From: an uncultured Acidobacteriota bacterium
GTDB lineage: Bacteria > Acidobacteriota > UBA6911
Length of the DNA: 64,000 nucleotides
NCBI GenBank assembly: GCA_963761825.1
Contig: CAVXIH010000005.1
Coordinates: 160,303-224,302 of the forward strand
Direction of reading: 5' to 3'
A program made the translations under genes and the position numbers. Below the pieces are notes generated by a model. The model worked only from the letters and a program-made list of their open reading frames with translations, was not told the DNA's origin and searched no databases. Below are positions 29,897-39,220 of the stretch, one piece after another. How positions within the stretch are numbered: the stretch's first letter is position 1; each line of letters starts with the position of its first letter.

Positions 29897-30900
29897 AATC
29901 ACAGGATGATTTAATCTCTTTCGCGCGGGAATCCCTGGAGCTTGCACAATCGGACAAGGCCGAGCTTATTCCGTTTTCGGGGAGAGGTTCCGACCGGTCC
30001 TATTTCCGCTTCAAGTGGGCGAACGGTTCCGTCATCCTTGTTCAATACGAGTCCACACGGATCGAAAATTCATATTTCGCAAATATCGCTGCGTTTCTTT
30101 ATGAGAACGGCATCCCGGCTCCCCAAATAATCCGGCACGATGAGGCCGCCAGTCTCATTCTTTTGGAGGATCTGGGCGACACCGATCTCTGGCTCCTCCG
30201 AAATGCGCCGTGGAAGCAGCGGCAAAGCCTGTATCAGAAGACGCTCGTCGCCGCACACAGGCTCCACTCCATTCCCGAATCGCAATTCCCTTCCGATCGC
30301 ATAAAGCTGATGAATCCATTTGACCCCGAATTGTACCGGTGGGAACGGGATTATTTCATGGACAATTTCGTTGCCGCGCTGTGCGGCATTGTGCTCAACC
30401 CAGACCGGGCTAACGCGCTGGAGACGGAGCTTTGCGGTCTCGCGGAAAAGCTCGCGTCCGGCAGGCGCTGTCTCGTACACCGTGACCTGCAATCGCAGAA
30501 TGTAATGATTTATCGGGAGGAGCCATTCCTTATCGATTTTCAGGGCATGCGTTTCGGCTCGCGTTTCTACGATCTCGGATCGCTGCTGTGCGATCCCTAC
30601 GTGAGTTTTACAGACGTGGAGCGCATGGAATTGCTTTCTTTCTATTATGGGCTATCGCATGCGGAACTGGCTTGGGGTGATTTCGCGGAGGCTTTCTGGC
30701 AAGCTTCGGCGCAGCGATTGATGCAGGCACTGGGAGCCTACGGATTCCTGGGGATCAAAAAGGAATTGCGGAGTTATCTCGCACACGTTCCTGCCGGCCT
30801 CCGCAATCTCCGGATGGCCGCGGAAAATGCGCGCGCGCTTCCGCTGCTGCAAAATCTATGCAACGAATGCCTGAGCAGGTGCCCATTGGAATCTGTGTAA
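29893..30900 (+). CDS. amgK: Aminoglycoside-phosphotransferase-fold sugar kinase, AmgK-like (anomeric MurNAc/GlcNAc kinase).
   Basis: APH fold with HRDLQSQNVMI catalytic loop and IDFQ metal site. Gene order and coupling with the MurU-like gene. Confidence 0.6.
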   Translation: MKSQDDLISFARESLELAQSDKAELIPFSGRGSDRSYFRFKWANGSVILVQYESTRIENSYFANIAAFLYENGIPAPQIIRHDEAASLILLEDLGDTDLWLLRNAPWKQRQSLYQKTLVAAHRLHSIPESQFPSDRIKLMNPFDPELYRWERDYFMDNFVAALCGIVLNPDRANALETELCGLAEKLASGRRCLVHRDLQSQNVMIYREEPFLIDFQGMRFGSRFYDLGSLLCDPYVSFTDVERMELLSFYYGLSHAELAWGDFAEAFWQASAQRLMQALGAYGFLGIKKELRSYLAHVPAGLRNLRMAAENARALPLLQNLCNECLSRCPLESV

Positions 30901-30981
30901 ATAAGAACATGTGGGTCGGGACTTCAGATGCTTTCTAATAACCTTACATTTAGCACCGAACACGCATTGTCAGGCCCAGAG

Positions 30982-31151
30982 GGCTTGCAGATAGTAGCTC
31001 CGGGCGCAAGCCCGGAGTTTGCTGGACAGTAGAAAGAACCCTGAAAGGGCGAAACGTTAACGCCCTATGAACAAGAGACCTTCGCCCCTGCCGGGGCTCT
31101 GCGACTGCCCATTATTTCCGGGGGCTTGCGCCCCCGGCTACTATCTGCAAC
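30982..31151 (+). ncRNA. Structured roughly 170-nt element in the 5' leader of the yfhM-pbpC operon. A long-range 14-bp stem encloses three local hairpins, two with GNRA (GCAA) tetraloops.
   Basis: ttgcagatagtagc (30985-30998) pairs with gctactatctgcaa (31136-31149). Inner hairpins: ccgggc-gcaa-gcccgg, gggcg-aaacgttaa-cgccc, ccgggggc-ttgc-gcccccgg. Confidence 0.35.
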
Positions 31152-31188
31152 CCCCTCCGGGTTCAAAAACAACGGAAGGGGTTCGCCG

Positions 31189-34100
31189 ATGAACAGCAGA
31201 CGACTTGCGAGCGTATTGGCACTGGTTCTGTGGAGCGCAGCCTATCTGAGCCCGGCTCAGCAACCGCCCAGGATTCAATCCTTCTCCCCCCAGGGCACCA
31301 CGAAGAAAGTCCGGCAGGTGCGCGTACAATTCTCCGAACCGATGGTTTCTTTCGGCGACCCGCGCGCAACCCTCGCTCCCTTTGATATCCGCTGTTCGGA
31401 AAAGGGCACAGCCCGCTGGTCCGATCCGTCGAACTGGCTGTATGACTTTGAACGGGACCTTCCCGCCGGAATCCAGTGCGAATTCAACGCAAAAGACGAG
31501 CTCAAAAGCCTCCGCGGCGCAGACATCACGGGACAGCGCCAGTTCCGGTTTTCCACTGGAGGGCCCGCGATACTGCGTTCCTCCCCCTATGAAGGCGATG
31601 AATCGATCGGCGATGACCAGATCTTTATTCTGGAGCTCGACAGCCCCGCCGCGGAACCTTCCGTCCTTGCCAATGTTTCGTTCTCCGTCGACCGCATTTC
31701 GGAACGCATCGGTATCCGTATTGTTACGGGATCGGAGAAAGAAGCAATTCTCAAAACGCAATATTCCTGGCGTTATGCAAAACGGCCAGAAAATCTCCTC
31801 CTGATCCAGGCTAAACAAAAGTTCCCGGCCAGTTCAAAAATAAACCTGGTATGGGGCCGCGGCGTATCCGCGCCCAGTGGCATCGCTACAGAACGCGACC
31901 AAGTGTTGCCCTTTAAAACCAAGCCTCCGTTTACTGCCACTTTCCACTGTCAGAGGGAGAATGCCCAGGCGGCCTGCATCCCGGTCGGAGCAATGCGCCT
32001 TTCGTTTTCGGCGCCTGTGGCATGGGACAAAATCAAAGGAGCCGTCCTGCGCGGCCCGGCAGGCAAAACCTGGAAGCCAAAAGCTGAGGAAGACGAAGAG
32101 CGGTACGTCTGGAGCATCCTGTTCCCGGGGCCTTTCCCTGAAAAATCCTCGTTCACCCTCGAGTTGCCGGCCGGAGTGGAAGATGACGCGGGCCGCAAGC
32201 TTTCAAATGCCAAAAGCTTCCCTCTGAAAACTCAGACGGACGCATATCCGCCGCTGGCGAAATTCGCCGCAGATTTTGGAATCCTGGAATTGAATGCGGA
32301 CCCCATACTGCCCGTCACCCTGAGAAATGTCGAAGCTGTAATCGCCGGGAAAACTCTCCAAGTCGAAGGCGGGGAAGAAAATTTTGATCCAATTCCGGTC
32401 AAGCCTGGCTTACAGCCCATCATAGGAAATTTAAAAGGAAAGATATTCAGGCTTCCTTCCGGAAAACCCGAACAGATGTTTTCCTGGATACAAAAGGTGG
32501 CCAGCAGGAACTACGAAGGCCGTGACAAATCGATCTTCGGCCCTGTCACCGCGCCGAAAACAAAATCCTTTAATCTGCCCAAACCGAATGGGGCGAAATC
32601 TTTCGAAGTCGTCGGCATCCCCATCAAGGATCCGGGGTTTTATGTAGTGGAAATCGAAAGCGAGATCCTGGGGGCTTCCCTGCTGGGAGTTTCCAAGCCC
32701 ATGTTTGTGCCCACGACTGCTCTGGTCACGAATCTTTCCGTCCATTTCAAATGGGGAATCGAGTCGTCCCTGGCCTGGGTCACAACGCTGGATAAAGCGA
32801 CACCGGTGAACCAGGCGGCCCTGCAGGTATGCGATTGCGAAGGGAAAGTACTCTGGAAAGGAGCTTCCGACGCAAACGGCATAGCGCGCATCGGATCGCT
32901 TCCAAAAGCACAGGACCTCCCCAATTGCCCCAACACGTGGTTCAGCGGCGGATTGCTGGTAACAGCACAGCTGGGCCAGGACATGTCCATTGTGCATAGC
33001 GGCTGGAATGAAGGCATCGAAAGCTGGAGATACAACCTCCCGACTTACTGGCAACCCAGTTTGATCTCCGCTCATACGATTTTGGATCGCAGCCTCCTGC
33101 GCGCCGGCGAAACGGTCCACATGAAACACGTGCTGCGCCGCCAGGTCCTCTCGGGATTTTCATTTATTACAGCAGAGCAAATGCCTAAGAACCTCAATAT
33201 CAAACACACCGGAAGCGACCAGACATACGAGATCCCGCTGCAATGGGATGTGGCAAAAGGGATAGCCATAACCGACTGGAGCATTCCTAAAGAAGCTAAA
33301 CTTGGCGAATATCAAATCTATTACAGAACGGGAGAGCCCCAAGATAAAAGTGTCACGCATTATTATGATTACAGGCGCAATCTGCACTTTGCAGGATCCT
33401 TCCGGGTCGAGGAGTTCCGCGTGCCGTTCATGCGCGCGGTGATCCGCCCACCGTCTGCCCCCCTCGTCGCGCCCGCATCCGTACCCGTGGATCTTACCGT
33501 GAGCTATCTGAGCGGCGGCGGAGCCGGGAACCTGCCGGTAAAATTCCGTTACGATCTGAAACCGCGGTTCCTCTGGGGTTATGAAGGCTTTGACGATTTC
33601 GTTTTTTCCAATGGAGCCGTGAAAGAAGGCATCGTCCGCTATGATTCCGAAGACCGCGAGGAAAGCAAAACAGAACTGAAAAGCGTCGCGCTGACTCTCG
33701 ATAAAAAGGGTTCGGTCCGCACGGCTATTTCCGGATTGCCCGCGATCGACAAACCCATGGAGATAACATCGGAATTGGAATTCCGCGATCCCAGCGGGGA
33801 GATCCAGACTGCGTCTTCGCGAATTCCGCTCTGGCCGGCGAGCATCCTGATCGGCATCCATCCCGATTCCTGGCTTCAGTCGAAGAATTTATTGAAATTC
33901 AGGGTTGCCGTATTGAATCTGAGCGGCAAGCCCCTGGCAAACGCTCCGGTGAAGGTTGACCTCTTCCAGAAAAAAACCTATTCGCACCGGAAAAGGCTGG
34001 TCGGCGGATTTTACGCCTACGAGCATTTCAGCGAGACCAAACGGCTGGGCCCGGCGTGCGAGGGAAGTACGGATAAGCGCGGACTGCTGCTCTGCGAAAA

Positions 34101-36873
34101 ACCCACGACGGTTTCGGGAGAGCTGATCGTTCAGGCAACGACCAGCGACAATGCCGGCCGCGCCGCGATCGCAAACCTGTCGACATGGGTTGCCGGCGAA
34201 GATGAATGGTGGTTCGCGGCATCCGACGACGATCGCATCGATCTCCTGCCTGAAAAGAAGCGCTATGAACCGGGCGATCGCGCAAAGCTCCAGGTGCGCA
34301 TGCCTTTCCGGAAAGCAACAGCCCTCATCACCGTCGAGCGGGAAGGTGTCGGAGATTTGTTTGTAAAAGAGATATCCGGCAAGCAGCCGGTCATTGAGCT
34401 CCCGATCAAGGGAAACTACGCGCCCAACGCCTTTGTTTCCGTTATGGTTGTGCGCGGCCGTGTAAGCGGCGTCCAACCCACGGCAACGGTCGACCTCGGC
34501 CGGCCTGCCTATAAATTGGGGATTGCCGAAATCAACGTAGGATGGAAAGCGCACGAACTCAAAGTAAAAGTCTCCTCAGACCGGCCTCAATATAAAGTGC
34601 GGGAAAAAGCGAAGGTGCAGATAACCGTTACGACTCCTGAAGGAACGCCTCCGCCCAAAGGTTCCGAAGTAGCCTTAGCTGCAGTCGATGAAGGATTGCT
34701 CGAGCTCATGCCGAACAACAGCTGGAAACTGCTCGACTCGATGATGGGCAGGCGGACGTACAGCGTGGAGACGTCCACGGCTCAAATGCACGTCATCGGC
34801 AAAAGACATTTCGGCATGAAGGCTCTGCCACAGGGAGGAGGAGGCGGCAATCAGTCGACGCGAGAGATGTTTGACACGTTGCTGCTCTGGAAAAGCCGCG
34901 TGCCTCTGAATGACAAAGGCATCGCCAGTGTTGAAGTTCCGCTCAACGATTCCATCACCAGTTTTCGCATCGTGGCGGTGGCGTCCGCGGGCGCGGACCG
35001 CTTCGGCACGGGCTCCACGTCGATCCGCACCAACAGGGATTTAATCATTCTCTCCGGCATCGCTCCGGTAGTGCGCCAGGGCGACAAGTTCCGTTCGACA
35101 TTTACCCTCCGCAATACGACGGAGAAGGCTCTCGACGTTCGCGTCGCTGCCAGCGTCAGCGGCGTCGCGGAATCGCTATCACCACAGACCTTTTCTCTTG
35201 GATCGGGCGAATCCAGAGATATTGCCTGGGATCTGACTGCGCCGATGGGAAAGGACAATCTCAAATATCAAATTGAAGCAACCGCCGGCCCGGGAATCGA
35301 TGATCGACTGTCTGTAGTTCAGAAAGTCGTGCCGGCCGTACCCGTGCGAACCTATCAGGCGACACTGACCCAGTTGTCCGGCGATTATCGCCTCGACGTG
35401 GAGCGTCCCAAAGACGCATTGCCAGGCTCGGGAGGCATCGACGTGGCATTGAAGCCGTCGCTCGTAGGAGGGATGTCGGGAGTAAAGAGTTACATGGAAA
35501 AGTACCCGTACACGTGTCTCGAACAATATGTTTCCAAAGCGGTTGCGCTGCGAGACTCTGCACTCTGGGACAGGATCGCCGCCGAGATGCCCGCCTACCT
35601 GGATTCCCAGGGATTGCTGAAATATTTTCCTTTGATGCGCACAGGCAGCGATGTCCTGACGTCCTATGTTCTGTCCATCGCACATGCGGCCGGATATCCG
35701 ATACCCGAGGACACGAAGGGGAGAATGATTGAGGGATTGCGGGGATTCATTGAGGGGAGTGTCATCCGCCACTCATCCCTTCCCACGGTAGATCTAGCCA
35801 TTCGCAAGCTTTCGGCCATCGAGGCGCTATCCGCTTCAGAGCAGGCAAATCCGTCGATGCTTTCGTCGATTGCTATCGAGCCGAACCTATGGCCGACCTC
35901 CGCGGTGATCGACTGGTACACCATTCTTCAGAGAATGACGGCGATCCGCGACAGAAATACACGGCTATCGGAAGCCGAACAGATTCTGAGAACGCGGCTG
36001 AGCTACCAGGGAACCACGATGAATTTTTCCACCGAACGGGGCGACTGCCTATGGTGGCTGATGATTTCCCCGGACGAAAATTCTGTCCGGCTGGCCTTGA
36101 GTATTCTGGAAGTTCCGAATTGGAAAGCGGATATTTCCAGGGTCGTCCGCGGCGCGCTGGCCCGGCAGAGAAGAGGACGGTGGGACACCACCGTCGCCAA
36201 CGCCTGGGGAGTACTGGCCATGGAGAAGTTTTCACAGCTGTATGAAAAAACCCCAGTCACCGGAAGCAGCACGGCTTCCCTGGCAGATGCATCGCAGACG
36301 ATGGAATGGTCTGCCGCGCCGAAAGGTAAGACCTTGTCGTTCCCATGGCCCGCGCAGAAATCCGCTTTAACGCTCCGCATGGCGGGGACAGGCCAACCCT
36401 GGGCGACGATCAGCAGCCTTGCCGCGATACCTCTTAAAGAGCCACTTATGAGCGGATACAAAATCAAAAAGACTATGACGCCTGTCGAACAAAAAGAGCG
36501 CGGGGCATGGAGCAGGGGCGATATCGTGCGCGTGAAGCTCGAAATCGAAGCGCAGTCCGACATGACCTGGACGGTCGTGAACGACCCGATCCCGGCCGGA
36601 TCGACTATTCTCGGCAGTGGCCTGGGACGGGATTCATCGCTCGCGACGCGCGGCGAGGAAAAGACCGGCTGGGTCGAACCGGTATTCGAAGAGCGTTCCT
36701 TCGAAGCGTACCGCGCCTATTACGAGTATTTCCCCAAGGGGACATGGACCATCGAATACACGGTCCGCCTCAATAACGAAGGGACCATGAATCTGCCTCC
36801 GACGCGAGTCGAGGCGATGTATTCTCCTGAAATGTTCGGCGAACTGCCGAATGAGGCCGTAAATATAAGGTGA
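31189..36873 (+). CDS. yfhM: Bacterial alpha-2-macroglobulin (YfhM/ECAM family) with a CLEQ thioester motif.
   Basis: About 1900 aa intact. Signal peptide RRLASVLALVLWSAAYLSPA. YPYTCLEQYVSKA thioester site. Directly followed by pbpC. Confidence 0.9.
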   Translation: MNSRRLASVLALVLWSAAYLSPAQQPPRIQSFSPQGTTKKVRQVRVQFSEPMVSFGDPRATLAPFDIRCSEKGTARWSDPSNWLYDFERDLPAGIQCEFNAKDELKSLRGADITGQRQFRFSTGGPAILRSSPYEGDESIGDDQIFILELDSPAAEPSVLANVSFSVDRISERIGIRIVTGSEKEAILKTQYSWRYAKRPENLLLIQAKQKFPASSKINLVWGRGVSAPSGIATERDQVLPFKTKPPFTATFHCQRENAQAACIPVGAMRLSFSAPVAWDKIKGAVLRGPAGKTWKPKAEEDEERYVWSILFPGPFPEKSSFTLELPAGVEDDAGRKLSNAKSFPLKTQTDAYPPLAKFAADFGILELNADPILPVTLRNVEAVIAGKTLQVEGGEENFDPIPVKPGLQPIIGNLKGKIFRLPSGKPEQMFSWIQKVASRNYEGRDKSIFGPVTAPKTKSFNLPKPNGAKSFEVVGIPIKDPGFYVVEIESEILGASLLGVSKPMFVPTTALVTNLSVHFKWGIESSLAWVTTLDKATPVNQAALQVCDCEGKVLWKGASDANGIARIGSLPKAQDLPNCPNTWFSGGLLVTAQLGQDMSIVHSGWNEGIESWRYNLPTYWQPSLISAHTILDRSLLRAGETVHMKHVLRRQVLSGFSFITAEQMPKNLNIKHTGSDQTYEIPLQWDVAKGIAITDWSIPKEAKLGEYQIYYRTGEPQDKSVTHYYDYRRNLHFAGSFRVEEFRVPFMRAVIRPPSAPLVAPASVPVDLTVSYLSGGGAGNLPVKFRYDLKPRFLWGYEGFDDFVFSNGAVKEGIVRYDSEDREESKTELKSVALTLDKKGSVRTAISGLPAIDKPMEITSELEFRDPSGEIQTASSRIPLWPASILIGIHPDSWLQSKNLLKFRVAVLNLSGKPLANAPVKVDLFQKKTYSHRKRLVGGFYAYEHFSETKRLGPACEGSTDKRGLLLCEKPTTVSGELIVQATTSDNAGRAAIANLSTWVAGEDEWWFAASDDDRIDLLPEKKRYEPGDRAKLQVRMPFRKATALITVEREGVGDLFVKEISGKQPVIELPIKGNYAPNAFVSVMVVRGRVSGVQPTATVDLGRPAYKLGIAEINVGWKAHELKVKVSSDRPQYKVREKAKVQITVTTPEGTPPPKGSEVALAAVDEGLLELMPNNSWKLLDSMMGRRTYSVETSTAQMHVIGKRHFGMKALPQGGGGGNQSTREMFDTLLLWKSRVPLNDKGIASVEVPLNDSITSFRIVAVASAGADRFGTGSTSIRTNRDLIILSGIAPVVRQGDKFRSTFTLRNTTEKALDVRVAASVSGVAESLSPQTFSLGSGESRDIAWDLTAPMGKDNLKYQIEATAGPGIDDRLSVVQKVVPAVPVRTYQATLTQLSGDYRLDVERPKDALPGSGGIDVALKPSLVGGMSGVKSYMEKYPYTCLEQYVSKAVALRDSALWDRIAAEMPAYLDSQGLLKYFPLMRTGSDVLTSYVLSIAHAAGYPIPEDTKGRMIEGLRGFIEGSVIRHSSLPTVDLAIRKLSAIEALSASEQANPSMLSSIAIEPNLWPTSAVIDWYTILQRMTAIRDRNTRLSEAEQILRTRLSYQGTTMNFSTERGDCLWWLMISPDENSVRLALSILEVPNWKADISRVVRGALARQRRGRWDTTVANAWGVLAMEKFSQLYEKTPVTGSSTASLADASQTMEWSAAPKGKTLSFPWPAQKSALTLRMAGTGQPWATISSLAAIPLKEPLMSGYKIKKTMTPVEQKERGAWSRGDIVRVKLEIEAQSDMTWTVVNDPIPAGSTILGSGLGRDSSLATRGEEKTGWVEPVFEERSFEAYRAYYEYFPKGTWTIEYTVRLNNEGTMNLPPTRVEAMYSPEMFGELPNEAVNIR

Positions 36874-36877
36874 TTCC

Positions 36878-39103
36878 GTGCAAAAAAACAGGCAGCCACG
36901 AATTACACTAAAAAAATTTGCCCTATATTTCGTGTGTTTCCTGGCTGGCAGCTTTTCATTGGCATGGGGATTCGCGTATTTCTTTTTGCTCAGGCCGTTG
37001 CCGGGATTGCCTTCGTACCGGCAGGCGCGCTTCGCCCATGTGAAGTCCGAAGCGGTGCTGCTGGATCGCAATGGCGCGGTCCTGCACGAAATGAGGATCG
37101 ACAGGAGCGGACGGCGGCTGGACTGGATATCGCTGCGCGATGTTTCTCCGGCCATGCAATCCGCTATCGTTGCCGGTGAGGACCATCGGTTCTATAAACA
37201 CGGCGGCGCGGATTGGATTTCTTTCGGCGGCGCCGGATTTGACAGGATGGTTCATTCTAGGACCCGAGGCGCCAGCACGATCTCCATGCAACTGGCCGCG
37301 ATGCTGAGCAATGACCTGCGCTCCACCGGCGCGCAGCGTTCGCTATTTCAAAAATACAGGCAAATCCGGGCGGCGCGCGCACTTGAAAAATCCTGGTCCA
37401 AGGCAGAGATTCTCGAGGCCTATTTGAATGTCGTCACTTTTCGCGGCGAACTGCAGGGCATCGCCGCGGCTGCGCGCGGATTATTTGCCAAAGAACCCCA
37501 GGGTTTGAATGATTCTGAATCGGTGATCCTTACCGCTCTGGTGCGTTCTCCAAATGCAGCATTCGATGCCGTCAGCGCAAGAGCGTGCGCGCTCGCACGG
37601 TCCATGAGTCTTCCAGGAGGCTGCACGCAGATTAACGCAGTCGCAAAAGATAGCCTTTCCAAGCCCTATTCGGTGCAGCCCGCAGCATCGCTGGCGCCGC
37701 ACGTGGCCCTCCGTCTGCTGGGAAACGACGCTGGTAACGGGAAGGACCGGGCGAGGAGCGTCGTTTGCACTCTGGACGGCAATCTGCAGGCTTTCACGCT
37801 GGACACGCTGCGCCATCACGTACTTTCGGCCCGATCCAAAAACATGCGCGACGGCGCAGCCCTGGTTGTAGACAACGCATCCGGTGAAATTCTCGCCTAT
37901 GCCGGAAATATCGGAGAACAATCCAGCGCGCGTTTCGTGGACGGGGTCCGCGCCATGAGACAGGCGGGTTCCACACTCAAGCCGCTGATTTATGCCTTGG
38001 CCTTTGACCAGCGCCTATTGACTCCGGCTTCATTGATGGATGACAGCCCGATCGACATCCCCGTCGTCGGCGGCGTTTATAGGCCGAAAAACTACGACAA
38101 TCGCTTTCACGGGATGGTGACGGTGAGAGTCGCCCTTGCTTCTTCCCTGAATGTCCCCGCGGTGAAGGCCCTGAATCTCATCGGCATCAATTCTTTTGTC
38201 GAAGCCATGCAGCGACTGGATTTCCGAAATATCCGCGAGCCGGACTATTACGGGTTATCGATCGCGCTCGGCTCGGCAGACATCACTCTCTGGGACCTTG
38301 TGGCTGCATATCGCGCCCTGGCAAACGGGGGTATCTGGACGCCTCTGCGACTCACCGCCGGGGAGACGGCGGCAACGCCGCGGCGCGTCGTCTCCATAGA
38401 CGCCACCTTTCTTATTGCCGACATACTTTCCGACCGCGAAAGCCGCAGCCGGACATTTGCGCTCGAAAGCCCCTTGTCCACCCGCTACTGGACGGCAGTC
38501 AAGACGGGCACAAGCAAAGACATGCGCGACAACTGGTGCGTCGGCTTCTCTGACCGATACACAGTCGGTATCTGGGCAGGAAACTTTTCGGGAGAACCGA
38601 TGTATAACGTCAGCGGAGTCACCGGCGCAGCTCCAGTCTGGATCGATATCATGAACTGGCTACACAGGAGACAAAGCAGCCACCCGCCCACGCCTCCCGC
38701 CGGAGTGGTGCGCTGTTCCGTCGAATTTGCATCCACCGCCGAAACCAAACAGGAGTGGTTCATACAGGGAACCGAAACATCCCTAGTGCAGAAAGCAGAC
38801 GACGCCAACTTTCCTCGGATCATCTATCCTACTTCCGGATCGATCATCGCACTGGATCCCGACATACCGCCGGAAGATCAGAAAATGTTCTTTGAGGCAA
38901 GCCCCGATGGGACCAACCTGCAATGGGTTCTCGACGGCCAGGGCCTGGGAGTGTCTGCCGCGCCGGCGCCGTGGTCACCCCGCAAAGGCAAGCATGTGCT
39001 TCGACTCATGGACGCCGGGCAGCGCGAGCTTGATTCGGTTACTTTTGAGGTCCGGGGCGACGACAGGACGATTCGAGATTCGAGATTCGAAATTCGAGAT
39101 TGA
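36878..39103 (+). CDS. pbpC: Penicillin-binding protein 1C (bifunctional GT51 transglycosylase / transpeptidase).
   Basis: N-terminal TM. GT51 motifs EDHRFYKHGG and RGASTISMQL. TP motifs STLKP, SLN, KTGTS. The last 6 codons (RFEIRD) are encoded by the repeat hairpin. Confidence 0.9.
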   Translation: MQKNRQPRITLKKFALYFVCFLAGSFSLAWGFAYFFLLRPLPGLPSYRQARFAHVKSEAVLLDRNGAVLHEMRIDRSGRRLDWISLRDVSPAMQSAIVAGEDHRFYKHGGADWISFGGAGFDRMVHSRTRGASTISMQLAAMLSNDLRSTGAQRSLFQKYRQIRAARALEKSWSKAEILEAYLNVVTFRGELQGIAAAARGLFAKEPQGLNDSESVILTALVRSPNAAFDAVSARACALARSMSLPGGCTQINAVAKDSLSKPYSVQPAASLAPHVALRLLGNDAGNGKDRARSVVCTLDGNLQAFTLDTLRHHVLSARSKNMRDGAALVVDNASGEILAYAGNIGEQSSARFVDGVRAMRQAGSTLKPLIYALAFDQRLLTPASLMDDSPIDIPVVGGVYRPKNYDNRFHGMVTVRVALASSLNVPAVKALNLIGINSFVEAMQRLDFRNIREPDYYGLSIALGSADITLWDLVAAYRALANGGIWTPLRLTAGETAATPRRVVSIDATFLIADILSDRESRSRTFALESPLSTRYWTAVKTGTSKDMRDNWCVGFSDRYTVGIWAGNFSGEPMYNVSGVTGAAPVWIDIMNWLHRRQSSHPPTPPAGVVRCSVEFASTAETKQEWFIQGTETSLVQKADDANFPRIIYPTSGSIIALDPDIPPEDQKMFFEASPDGTNLQWVLDGQGLGVSAAPAPWSPRKGKHVLRLMDAGQRELDSVTFEVRGDDRTIRDSRFEIRD

Positions 39104-39159
39104 AGAGGCGAGATTGGTAGATTTGAATCTCGAGTTTGGTATCTGGAATCTGGAACCGG
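39068..39159. repeat. Imperfect palindrome of (CGAGATT)n / (GGAATCT)n units. The left arm overlaps the 3' end of pbpC. Sits in a convergent intergenic region.
   Basis: gacgattcgagattcgagattcgaaattcgagattgaag...tagatttgaatctcgagtttggtatctggaatctggaacc. Confidence 0.7.
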
Positions 39160-39220
39160 CGCCTGTAATTTTAAGCCTGCCGAGTCGGAAGACAGCTCTA
39201 TTTGCGAAGTCAAAGGCAAC

